Below, in pieces: positions 27,380-36,647 of a stretch of DNA of 64,000 nucleotides. The position numbers and the translations under genes are program-made. Source of the stretch: Rhodospirillaceae bacterium (GTDB lineage: Bacteria > Pseudomonadota > Alphaproteobacteria > GCA-2731375); assembly GCA_018660265.1 (NCBI GenBank), contig JABJKS010000106.1, positions 1,144-65,143 of the forward strand, given 5' to 3'. The notes beneath the pieces are model-generated. The model saw only the letters and a list, made by a program, of their open reading frames with translations, had not been told where the DNA came from and made no database searches. Each line of letters begins with the position of its first letter. The first letter of the stretch is position 1.

Positions 27380-28186
27380 TCACCTCGTCCACACTGGCTT
27401 GCGTTTTTCAATGAACGAGGCAACACCTTCCCGGCCTTCATCCGATAGCATGCATTCCGCAAAGCCTTTTGCGGACAGATCAAGCATGTCTTCTCTATTC
27501 AGATGGCGTGTGGCCAGGGCGATTTCCTTGGTCACGGCATTGGCACCAGGGGCGCAGCGCAACACCTGCTTCCGGATATCGGCCTCGATGGCATCTAATC
27601 CGGCGGCATCATCGACGACATAGTCAGCCAGACCCAGTCTGCCGGCCTCTTCCCCATCGAAACGGGATGCCGTTAGCATCAAACGCCGGGCCGTGCGCAG
27701 GCCAAGGCGCTGGACCACAAAGGGCGCGATCTGCGCCGGCGGCAGGCCAATGGCGGTCTCCGTCATGGCAAAACGCGCGTCCTTGGTGACGGCGACAATA
27801 TCGGCTGTGCAGACCATGCCGAGGCCACCGGCCATGGCGGCACCCTCAACCAGAATGACGACAACTTGCGGCATCTCGTTGATGGTATCGAACATGCCGC
27901 CCGCTGCACGGTTGGCGGCGGCGATATCAGCCGTTGTCTGTACGCCGCCCTGAAAGTTGGATTTGAAGCCTTTCAAGTCGCCACCAGCGCAAAACCAACC
28001 ACCCTTGCCGCGAATGGTAATGCCGCGCACGGTGCGGTCATCGCGCACAGCAGCCAGCACGGCGCGCAATTCCGCCGTCATCTCGTGGGCCAGGGCGTTG
28101 CGGGATTCTGGGCGATTGAACCAAATGGTCAACCAATCAGCGTCCTGGTCCAGGATCAGGTCTTTGACTTCGGGTAATGTCGTCAT
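27380..28186 (-). CDS. atuE: Enoyl-CoA hydratase, isohexenylglutaconyl-CoA hydratase-like
   Basis: NRPESRNAL, FCAGGD, PAQIAPFVV.RLG, CAPGANA.TK, KRKPVW closely follow AtuE as I recall it; adjacent to an AtuA-family gene. Confidence 0.78.
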   Translation of the reverse strand: MTTLPEVKDLILDQDADWLTIWFNRPESRNALAHEMTAELRAVLAAVRDDRTVRGITIRGKGGWFCAGGDLKGFKSNFQGGVQTTADIAAANRAAGGMFDTINEMPQVVVILVEGAAMAGGLGMVCTADIVAVTKDARFAMTETAIGLPPAQIAPFVVQRLGLRTARRLMLTASRFDGEEAGRLGLADYVVDDAAGLDAIEADIRKQVLRCAPGANAVTKEIALATRHLNREDMLDLSAKGFAECMLSDEGREGVASFIEKRKPVWTR

Positions 28187-30024
28187 GTCAGGTCCTCAGC
28201 GATTTGTTTTGATATAGGGATCGGGTGATCCAGCAATATTTGGGCATAACCTTTCGCCAGGGCGTCGTTGCGCAGGCTGGCAACACCGCCGCCGCCCAGG
28301 ACGTTGTGCAAAAAGAAATTAATGGCGTTGGGGCCGGGTAGGTAAAAGCGCTCTACCCCTCCTTCGAGGAAATGGCTGAAGCGATCGGCAACCGCGTCTT
28401 CATTCAGCGCCGCCCAGATATACGGCATGTATTCCGCCTTGCGGGCAATAATGCCTACATTGGCGTTGTTGCCTTTATCGCCACTACGGCCCCAGGCCAG
28501 CTCAATCAGCGGCACCGTCACCATTTCATCGCCGCTGGACGGCGCAGATGGTATTTCAGGGCGCTTCATATCTGCGGGGCCTGTTGTGGCGTCGGTGCCG
28601 GCATCAAACGAAGTCCGCCGGTCGCCAAAATCGATCTCGATGCCCAGGTCATCCTTTGGGATCAGAAAGGAAAACAGCCGGACCACGGGAGACGGCTTCG
28701 CCCTGGTGCCAAAGAAGCCTGATAGCCCAGGGGGAGATGACAAACCCATGCCGGCAGCTTCCTTCAGCAGAATGCCAATGCCGGCCTTATCCGGGTGCCA
28801 GGCGGCATATTTCACCACGACTTCCCGGGTATCATCGGCCCGTCCATGGCTGCCGAACTGGCTATCTGCGCCCAGAATTTCGATGCTGGTGTCAGTGAAG
28901 TCGCCCAGGTTCGATGCCCGCAGGACCGTGCGGGCCCGTTTAAATGTGGCCTCGGCAAAGGCCTGGCCCTTTCGCCGGGCATCGACACCATAGAAGGTCA
29001 TGTAGGACCCGGCCCGCCAGCCGTCGCTAAATGTGGCGCTGACTTTATAGCTGTCGGTGGCCGGGTACCCCTTGGCTCCACTAACATTCACCCGATCACT
29101 GGATACTTGGTTGATGGCTACGCCGGAAAAATCACAGACCACATCCGGCACGATATAGGCTTGCGGATCGCCGATTTCATAGATCATCTGTTCCGAGACT
29201 GTGCCGACATTGACGATGCCCCCTGTTCCAGGCGGTTTCGTGATATCAAAGCTGCCGTCGGGGTGAACCTCGCAAATGGGATAGCCGATGGTATCGATGG
29301 TCTCCACAGCCAGATGCCAGTCGGTAAAGTTCCCGCCCGTGGCCTGGGGACCACATTCCAGTAAATGTCCCGCCAATGTCCCGCCCGACAAATAATCCAC
29401 ATCGTTCGGACCCCAGCCAAATTCATGGATGCAAGCGCCCAACGTGACGGCACTGTCGACGGAGCGCCCGGTGATGACGATGTCCGCACCCTCGGCCAAA
29501 GCCTTGGCGATGGGAAATGCGCCTAGGTAGGCGTTGATGCTGACCAGATTTTCAGGATCGGGAAAGGCCTCACCGGAAAACATCTCCTTGGCGGTGACAC
29601 TGTCTTTTTGATCGATCAGGTCGTCTCCCAGAACGACCGCGACTTTTAAATCCAGGCCCTGTTCCGCGATCAGGGCGCGGGCGGCCTCTCCGCATGCGGT
29701 CGGGTTAACGCCACCTGCGTTGGAGATGACTTTCACATTCTGCCGGGCGATCTCACCCAGGTTCTGTTTTAGGACCACCGAAATGAAATCACGGGCGTAG
29801 CCCATTTTCGGATCCTGGGCCCGGGCCCGTGCCATGATCGACATGGTGACTTCCGCCAGATAGTCATAGACCAGATAGTCCAGGTCGCCGGCCAGATCGC
29901 CGGCCAGGTCGCCGGATTTCAACAATTGCGGCGTGGCCATGGCGCTATCGCCCCAATAACCGCTGGCACCGCCAATTCTGATGTTTGTTTTGCTCACGTT
30001 ACGGCTCTTTTCGAATTCATACAT
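28183..30024 (-). CDS. atuA: Acyclic terpene utilization AtuA family protein (alternative GTG start at 29997)
   Basis: GGASGYWGD, DYLAE.TM, NAGGVNP, GHLLECG.Q.TGGNF, RSGDKG, LGGGG..SLR.D motifs. Confidence 0.85.
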   Translation of the reverse strand: MYEFEKSRNVSKTNIRIGGASGYWGDSAMATPQLLKSGDLAGDLAGDLDYLVYDYLAEVTMSIMARARAQDPKMGYARDFISVVLKQNLGEIARQNVKVISNAGGVNPTACGEAARALIAEQGLDLKVAVVLGDDLIDQKDSVTAKEMFSGEAFPDPENLVSINAYLGAFPIAKALAEGADIVITGRSVDSAVTLGACIHEFGWGPNDVDYLSGGTLAGHLLECGPQATGGNFTDWHLAVETIDTIGYPICEVHPDGSFDITKPPGTGGIVNVGTVSEQMIYEIGDPQAYIVPDVVCDFSGVAINQVSSDRVNVSGAKGYPATDSYKVSATFSDGWRAGSYMTFYGVDARRKGQAFAEATFKRARTVLRASNLGDFTDTSIEILGADSQFGSHGRADDTREVVVKYAAWHPDKAGIGILLKEAAGMGLSSPPGLSGFFGTRAKPSPVVRLFSFLIPKDDLGIEIDFGDRRTSFDAGTDATTGPADMKRPEIPSAPSSGDEMVTVPLIELAWGRSGDKGNNANVGIIARKAEYMPYIWAALNEDAVADRFSHFLEGGVERFYLPGPNAINFFLHNVLGGGGVASLRNDALAKGYAQILLDHPIPISKQIAEDLT

Positions 30025-30117
30025 TTCATCACAACATGCAGTATATTTGCCATATCTGAAACAACTTGATTTTGCTATCGTCGATCACAGCATTCAACAA
30101 GATGATAGGAACATTCA

Positions 30118-30552
30118 ATGGCAGACTATATTCCCCCTACCCTGGACTGGGTGCGTGAACAGGTTGAAATTTACGAAGGTTCCGGCGGTAAGGAAGGAAC
30201 CACATTGCGGGACACCGGTCTTCCTTGCATCATTGTTACGCATGAAGGCAACAAGACGGGCGGTACGCGGAAAATTCCTTTGATGCGGGTTGAGGTGGAT
30301 GGTGCCTATGTGCTCGTCGGCTCCTATGGCGGGCGTCCTGCCAACCCTGTTTGGGTCTATAACATTCGGGCCAACCCGGACGTGGAAATCCGCGATAAGA
30401 CCGTGGTCACCAAGATGCGCGTTCGCGAGGTTGAGGATGATCCCGAACGGGCCCGCCTGTGGGCCGCCAGTGCGGAGGCTTTTCCGCCCTATCTCGAATA
30501 TCAGGAAAAAACCTCGCGCAAGATCCCGGTGTTTATTGCCGAACCGATCTAA
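30118..30552 (+). CDS. Deazaflavin (F420)-dependent nitroreductase family (DDN/FDOR-A)
   Basis: G.KTG..RK.PL, S.GG....P.W.YN..ANP.V, Y..YQ.KT.R.IPV motifs. Confidence 0.85.
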   Translation: MADYIPPTLDWVREQVEIYEGSGGKEGTTLRDTGLPCIIVTHEGNKTGGTRKIPLMRVEVDGAYVLVGSYGGRPANPVWVYNIRANPDVEIRDKTVVTKMRVREVEDDPERARLWAASAEAFPPYLEYQEKTSRKIPVFIAEPI

Positions 30553-30561
30553 CCCTACCAA

Positions 30562-31209
30562 CTACTTCCAGGGCGGCGATTGGCCCCAGCGGTCCCATGA
30601 CGTCGTCTCGGAAGTGGGCAAGCGGGAGGTCGGCCCAAAGTTACCTCGTGGGTAGCCAAGGGGGATGCAGCAGTGAAAGGCCATGTCTTCGGGCACACCG
30701 AACATGGCGTTGACCCGCTCCATCACCTCCGGGTGCAGGGTCGTCAACACGGTGCCCAGGCCCAGGGCGCGGGCGGATAACAACAGGTTCTGCACGCCTG
30801 GAAAGGTGGATGAGGCGGCAACGCCCGATGCCGCGGAATAGACCAGGATGACTGTCGGTGCGTTGACCATTTCATCCGCCAGCAAGGCGGGCAGGTGGTA
30901 GACGGAACCCTCGGGAATATCCGCCTTGGAGCTCCAGCCATAGGCATCCCGTCGTTTGGCCCACCATGCCTCGAAATAAAGCTTGCCGAATTCGGCAATT
31001 GCGGCGCGGTCGCGCACGACCAGATAGCGTGCCGGTTGGGCATTGCCGCCGTTTGGTGCTTTTGAGGCGGCGTTCAAAATAATCTCTATCTGCGCATCCG
31101 TGACCTCTCGGTCCGGATCCAGCCGGCGAATGGCGCGTTGCGAGAACATCGCCTCGCCAATAGGCATCGTCAGTTCTGCGGGCGGGTCGAGGCGGACCAT
31201 ATCCATCAT
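30562..31209 (-). CDS. Nitroreductase family protein
   Basis: QRAIRR, APNGGN.QP, QNLLL.ARALGLG, IPLGYP. Confidence 0.88.
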   Translation of the reverse strand: MMDMVRLDPPAELTMPIGEAMFSQRAIRRLDPDREVTDAQIEIILNAASKAPNGGNAQPARYLVVRDRAAIAEFGKLYFEAWWAKRRDAYGWSSKADIPEGSVYHLPALLADEMVNAPTVILVYSAASGVAASSTFPGVQNLLLSARALGLGTVLTTLHPEVMERVNAMFGVPEDMAFHCCIPLGYPRGNFGPTSRLPTSETTSWDRWGQSPPWK

Positions 31210-31354
31210 GATATTCCTTAAGTTTGAAGCTTATAATTACCGCCATCATACGTAGATTATCCTGGCGGCCAAAGCGAAACTGAACTCACGACGCGGCGCT
31301 GGAAAGATATTGCGATGCCTTGTCGCGCGCCGGGTTGCCGGCATAACCGTTAGC

Positions 31355-32971
31355 CTAATCCAACCCATCAGGCGTTATGAAGCCTTCGGCTAGATCAGCG
31401 TTAATCGCTGTTTGCGCGCGGTCTTTCGGATCGCCGAAACCACCCCCCCCCGCTTCAATCAGGGTGATACGGTCACCCGGCGCTAATTCATAGTGGCCTT
31501 TCGGGTCCACAGTGACATCGTTGACCCGGTGTTCCCTGGCCTGGCCGGGGGCACCGCCCATAAGGCCCAGGGGTGGAAACTCCGTCCGATTGGCCATACA
31601 AAAGACGGTCATCAGATGGCCGCTATCATTGCGGATCACCACCTCTTGGCCCAAACCGCCACGAAATTCCCCGGCCCCGCCTGAATTGGGCAGCAATGCC
31701 TTATGCTCGATGCTGGTGGAGGTCAGGGTCTCCCATACTTCAACCGGGACCACAGCCATATTGGACGGCCCGGGTGTCGTCTCCGCCCCGTCCATGCCGG
31801 CCAAGGCACCGAAACCACCGGAGGCGAAATAGATCGTTGAGACGTCATGGCCGTCCCGGTGTTTGCCCTGAAAGGTCATCAAATCCATCATGCCGCAATC
31901 GGCCTGAATGCTGTCGGGAACAGCCGCTGCCAAGGCACCAAAAACCAGGGGCGAGACGAAATGGCCGATCATATGGCGCGCACCGGTGGCTGAAGGGGGC
32001 TGGGCATCCAGCAGGCAACCGGTTGGTGCGGTGACGGTGATGGGCACCACAGAGCCGCCATTGTTGGGCAATTCGGGCACGGTCAGACACTTCATGGAAT
32101 ACAGCACCATGGCGCGGGTATAACAAAACGGTACGTTGATGCCCCGGCGCACGCAGGGATCGGTGCCGGTGAAATCGACACTCATGGTATCGCCGGTGAT
32201 CTCTATTGAACAAGCCAGGGTCAACGGGCCATCCACGCCCTCTATCTGAATTTCGTTCTGATAGATGCCATCGGCCATATCGGCGATGCGCAGGCGGGTC
32301 GCCGCCTCGGACCGGCCGCGAATTTCACCGGACAGGTCCGCAAAATCCGGCAGATCGAATTCATTGAGAAAATCCGTCAACATGGTCTCGCCGGCCTTGG
32401 TCGCGGTGACATTGGCCATCAGATCACCGATAACTTGATCAGGTGCCCGCACATTGGTCCGCATCAATTCGATGATGAAATCGTTCTGCAGGCCGGCGTC
32501 GAACAATTTGCAAACCGGCAGGCGCAGACCTTCGTGATAGATCTCCCGCGCTGCCGCGCCAAAACCCAAACCACCAATGTCGGGTAAATGGGTGATGGAA
32601 ATGACGTAGGCAACGATAGTGCCGGCAAAGAATATTGGCCGCATGACATTGATATCGAACGTATGCCCGGTGCCCAACCAGGGATCGTTGGTGATCACCA
32701 CATCGCCGGGCTGCAGGCTGTCGGCGGGATAGACATCCAGCATATGCTGCAGGGTTGCAGGCGCGGTGCCCATGAAAACCGGTACGCTGTAGGTGCCCTG
32801 GGCCATCAATTGACCTTGCGCATCCAGCAGGGCGACGGTCAGATCATAACTTTCGCTTACGATGGTGGAGAATGATGTGCGTACCAACGTCGATACAATT
32901 TCGTCGGAGACCGCAACCAGCCGATCCCACATGATGCCGACGCTGACGGCGTCCAAGGTTTTGGCGGTCAT
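31355..32971 (-). CDS. Hydantoinase B / oxoprolinase family
   Basis: RTSFS.IV.E..D, NDPW..TGH..D, HLPDIGG, SGGAGEFRGG, GGGGFGDP. Confidence 0.92.
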   Translation of the reverse strand: MTAKTLDAVSVGIMWDRLVAVSDEIVSTLVRTSFSTIVSESYDLTVALLDAQGQLMAQGTYSVPVFMGTAPATLQHMLDVYPADSLQPGDVVITNDPWLGTGHTFDINVMRPIFFAGTIVAYVISITHLPDIGGLGFGAAAREIYHEGLRLPVCKLFDAGLQNDFIIELMRTNVRAPDQVIGDLMANVTATKAGETMLTDFLNEFDLPDFADLSGEIRGRSEAATRLRIADMADGIYQNEIQIEGVDGPLTLACSIEITGDTMSVDFTGTDPCVRRGINVPFCYTRAMVLYSMKCLTVPELPNNGGSVVPITVTAPTGCLLDAQPPSATGARHMIGHFVSPLVFGALAAAVPDSIQADCGMMDLMTFQGKHRDGHDVSTIYFASGGFGALAGMDGAETTPGPSNMAVVPVEVWETLTSTSIEHKALLPNSGGAGEFRGGLGQEVVIRNDSGHLMTVFCMANRTEFPPLGLMGGAPGQAREHRVNDVTVDPKGHYELAPGDRITLIEAGGGGFGDPKDRAQTAINADLAEGFITPDGLD

Positions 32972-35037
32972 GATCCTGCCTCCAACTCCGCGATCAGATT
33001 GCCGAACTCATCCACTTCGACCTTATCACCAGGGCCAATTACAACGGTGGATTCCCGTTCTTCGATCAAGGCAGGCCCATCTATGACCGCGCCCATGGCC
33101 AAGCTATAGCGGTCATAGACCAGCGTCGTCATATAATCTTCACCAAAATAGGCCTGACGGCTCCCCTTGGGCCTCGCCGTGCCTTGTGCATCAGGTGCTG
33201 CTGTCGTCAACTCCGGGGCGGTTGCCGTGGCTTCCACCTTCCAGGTCGTAATGACCAAAGGTGCATCCAGTAATGCCGCGCCGTGTACAGTGGCGTAATG
33301 ATCCCGGAAGATATCCGGTAATGCCCCAATATCCGAACCTGTGGGCAGGGTAACCTCTATCTCGTGGCCCTGGCCGTGATAACGCATGTCCAGCCGTTGG
33401 ATGACCGACAAATCCGTGCCGGCGCTCTGCAATGGTGCCTTTGCCTCAATTTCCAGGTCCGCCAGGGTGGCCGCGAAATCCTCGGCGCTTAGGTCCGCGA
33501 CAAAGGCCTGTTTGGTGCGCGCAACTTCAAACGTCAAGGGGCTGGCCAGCAATCCCAGGGCGGACATGACACCGGCGGCGACGGGGAATATCACCCGTGG
33601 AATGCCCAGTTTGCGGGCCACGCCCATGGCATGCACCGGGCCGGAACCGCCAAACGCCACCATGGAGCTGCCGCGATAGTCAAAACCGCGTTCCGAGGCG
33701 TGAATGCGAAAGGCCCGCGCCACATCTTCATCAACAATTTCGTGAATCCCCCAAGCCGCCCGCGCCAGGGATAGCTTCAGCGGCCCCGCGATTTGCGTTT
33801 TGATCACCTGTTCGGCGGCGGCCACATCCAATGCCATGGCACCGCCGAGAAAGAAATTCGGGTCCAGATAACCCAGCACCACATTGGCATCGGTCAACGT
33901 AGCGGCCTGACCGCCCTGGCCATAGCAGGCGGGCCCTGGATCGGCGCCTGCACTATGCGGCCCGACACGAATTGTGCCGCGTACATCGACCGCGGCGATA
34001 GAGCCACCGCCTGCACCGATCTCGATCATATCAATGACCGGGCTTTTCACGGGCAGACCGCTGCCGGCCTTAAAATCGTGCACCCGGGCGACTTCCTGGA
34101 AATAGACCTTGATGGCTTCGCCGCCACGTATCAGGGCGCCCTTGGCGGTGGTGCCCCCCATATCGAACGACAGCAATTCCGGGCGCTTTAGGGCCCGGCC
34201 ATGAAAGGCAGACATTTGCGCGCCTGCCGCCGGGCCGGATTCAATAACCCGGGCCGGAAACTTTCGTGCCGTTTCAGGTGTCAACGTGCCGCCGCTGGAA
34301 GACATCACGAACAACTGCCCGGCAAATCCCAGATCATTCAGACCGCTTTCCAAGCGTCGTAGATATTGATCGAACATGGGCTGGGTAAAGGCATTGATGC
34401 ATGTGGTGGTGAACCGTTCATATTCACGCCATTCCGGGCAGACCTCCGATGACAGGGATATGTTCAGGTCAGGAAAAGTCGCCGCCGCCATGTCTCCCAG
34501 GGCCCGCTCGTGATCAGGATTGGCATAGCCATGGAGGAGACATATGGCCAGCGACGTGATGCCCTCGCGGCGCACAAGGTCCGCCAACGTCGCCCGCGCT
34601 GCGTCCAGATCCAGGGTTTGTTCGATGGTGCCGTCATAATGCACCCGTTCCGCGACCTCAACCCGGCGGCGGCGCGGCACCAGGGGTTCGGGGAAAACCA
34701 GACGCAGATCGAACACGTCGTATCGTTTCTCCTGGCGCATATCCAGGATGTCGCGAAAGCCTGCCGTGGTCAGCATACCGGTGACAGCGCCCTTACGCTC
34801 GATCACCGCATTGGTTACCAGGGTGGTGCCATGGACGATTTCGACCACGGGGGATAAATCAAGGCCCTGTTGGCCCAGCAACGCCATCGTACCTTCCAGC
34901 ACGGCGCGGGCGGGGTCATCGGGTGTGGTGAGCTGTTTATGGATGGCAAAACTGCCGCCTGCCTCGTCATAGAGGGCGAAATCAGTGAACGTACCGCCGA
35001 TATCGATGCCCAGTCGGTAGGTGGAGCGGGCGGCCAT
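32968..35037 (-). CDS. Hydantoinase A / oxoprolinase family
   Basis: GIDIGGTFTD, HGTTLVTNA, SGPAAG, DMGGTT, GAGGGS. Confidence 0.92.
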   Translation of the reverse strand: MAARSTYRLGIDIGGTFTDFALYDEAGGSFAIHKQLTTPDDPARAVLEGTMALLGQQGLDLSPVVEIVHGTTLVTNAVIERKGAVTGMLTTAGFRDILDMRQEKRYDVFDLRLVFPEPLVPRRRRVEVAERVHYDGTIEQTLDLDAARATLADLVRREGITSLAICLLHGYANPDHERALGDMAAATFPDLNISLSSEVCPEWREYERFTTTCINAFTQPMFDQYLRRLESGLNDLGFAGQLFVMSSSGGTLTPETARKFPARVIESGPAAGAQMSAFHGRALKRPELLSFDMGGTTAKGALIRGGEAIKVYFQEVARVHDFKAGSGLPVKSPVIDMIEIGAGGGSIAAVDVRGTIRVGPHSAGADPGPACYGQGGQAATLTDANVVLGYLDPNFFLGGAMALDVAAAEQVIKTQIAGPLKLSLARAAWGIHEIVDEDVARAFRIHASERGFDYRGSSMVAFGGSGPVHAMGVARKLGIPRVIFPVAAGVMSALGLLASPLTFEVARTKQAFVADLSAEDFAATLADLEIEAKAPLQSAGTDLSVIQRLDMRYHGQGHEIEVTLPTGSDIGALPDIFRDHYATVHGAALLDAPLVITTWKVEATATAPELTTAAPDAQGTARPKGSRQAYFGEDYMTTLVYDRYSLAMGAVIDGPALIEERESTVVIGPGDKVEVDEFGNLIAELEAGS

Positions 35038-36632
35038 CAGCGATTGTCCGGCAATACGTCGATGGCATCGCCAACGCCGCGCTCTCGCAATTCATGGCGG
35101 GCGATTTCATTCTTGGTCATGGTACGGGGAAAATCTGCGACGAACTCCATATAACGGGGGACCTTGAAAAAGGCGATGCGATCCTGACACCATTCCACCA
35201 GCTCCATTGGTTCCGGCGTCGCCTCGTCCTCCGACAGCTGGATGTAGGCTTTGATGTCTTCTTCGCCAATGTCCGATGGCACGCCGACGACGGCGCAGTC
35301 GATCACGGCAGGGTGGGCCGTCATTGCCTTTTCCACTTCGAAGGCGGAGACGTTTTCGCCCCGACGGCGGATCCAGTGGGCCTCCCGTCCAACGAAATAG
35401 AGAAAGCCATCGTCGTCCAGATAACCCAGATCACCACTGTGGTACCAAAGGTTCTTCCAGGCCGCCAAAGTCTCGGTCGGTTTGTTGATATACTCGATCA
35501 TGTAAGTGTTGGGTACTTTGGGGCGCAGGAGGATCTGCCCGGTGGTGTTCGCCGGCACCGGGTTGTCGTCCGCATCCACGATCATCACCTCTGTCCAGCC
35601 GTGGGGCCGGCCACAGGAACCAAGACGGCGATCAAAGGTCCGCTCGCTACAGATCAGCACGCCCATCTCGGTCATGGAATAGACTTCCATCATGGGTGTG
35701 CCGAAACGTTCCTCAAACTCATCGCGCAGATCCCGGCGCACCTGGCCGGCGGCAATGCCAACGCCGATGCGAACTTTATGGTTCTTATCCTGATCGGATG
35801 CAGGGGCCCGCAACAACACCGCCATCATGGTGCCCAAGGGATCGATGACCGTGACGCCATATTTGCGGATAATCTTCCAGTAGTTGGAGGCCGAGAACCA
35901 TTTTTCCATGATCCCGGTCATGCCGAGATAAAGGGGGGAGGTGATGGCGAATTGCTGACCGCCAATATGGAAGAAATGTGAATTCGCAAAATGCACATCG
36001 TCCTCCGTCGCCTCGGCAATATCGCCATAGCGGATCGCGGCGGCGATATAATACAGATGCGACACCAAAACACCCTTGGGCATGGACGTGCTGCCGCCCG
36101 TATAGACGATGCACATAGGGTCGGCGGCGGCGACGTCGGCATCAGGCAGGGTTTCATCATCGCCCATCAGATCGCTAAAGGGCAGGGTGCCGGGACCGGG
36201 AACGGCGGCCACATCGCCCAGGACCAGGACCTCCGGATCGCCGGTCAGGTCCGGTTTGGCGGCGTTATAGGCAGGGGCCAGTTCTTCATCCACCACCAAC
36301 AGCTTTGCGCCGGTGTCGTTCAGGCTGTAACACATATCATCCTTGACCAGGCTGACATTCAGGGAGGCGTAGATCGCGCCGATCTTTGCACAGCCGAACC
36401 AGATCAAGGCCTGTTCAAGGGAATTGTACATCAGGGTGGCGACCACATCGCCCTTGCCGATACCGTGGGCCAGCAGGCGATTGGCGACCTTGTTTGACAG
36501 ACGGTCGGCGTCTGCGTATGTCAGCGTTTCATCACGGCAGATCAGATAGGGTTTGTCGCCATAGCTGGCGCGCATGACGATCAGGTCGCGCAAGGTTGTT
36601 GCGTGGGGTGTGCGGCCAAGGATATCGATCAT
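35037..36632 (-). CDS. Acyl-CoA ligase (CaiC-like)
   Basis: YTGGSTSMPKG, YSMTE, WYHSGDLG, IRRRGENVS, KVPRY. Confidence 0.9.
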   Translation of the reverse strand: MIDILGRTPHATTLRDLIVMRASYGDKPYLICRDETLTYADADRLSNKVANRLLAHGIGKGDVVATLMYNSLEQALIWFGCAKIGAIYASLNVSLVKDDMCYSLNDTGAKLLVVDEELAPAYNAAKPDLTGDPEVLVLGDVAAVPGPGTLPFSDLMGDDETLPDADVAAADPMCIVYTGGSTSMPKGVLVSHLYYIAAAIRYGDIAEATEDDVHFANSHFFHIGGQQFAITSPLYLGMTGIMEKWFSASNYWKIIRKYGVTVIDPLGTMMAVLLRAPASDQDKNHKVRIGVGIAAGQVRRDLRDEFEERFGTPMMEVYSMTEMGVLICSERTFDRRLGSCGRPHGWTEVMIVDADDNPVPANTTGQILLRPKVPNTYMIEYINKPTETLAAWKNLWYHSGDLGYLDDDGFLYFVGREAHWIRRRGENVSAFEVEKAMTAHPAVIDCAVVGVPSDIGEEDIKAYIQLSEDEATPEPMELVEWCQDRIAFFKVPRYMEFVADFPRTMTKNEIARHELRERGVGDAIDVLPDNR

Positions 36633-36647
36633 GGTTGTGCCTCTGCT

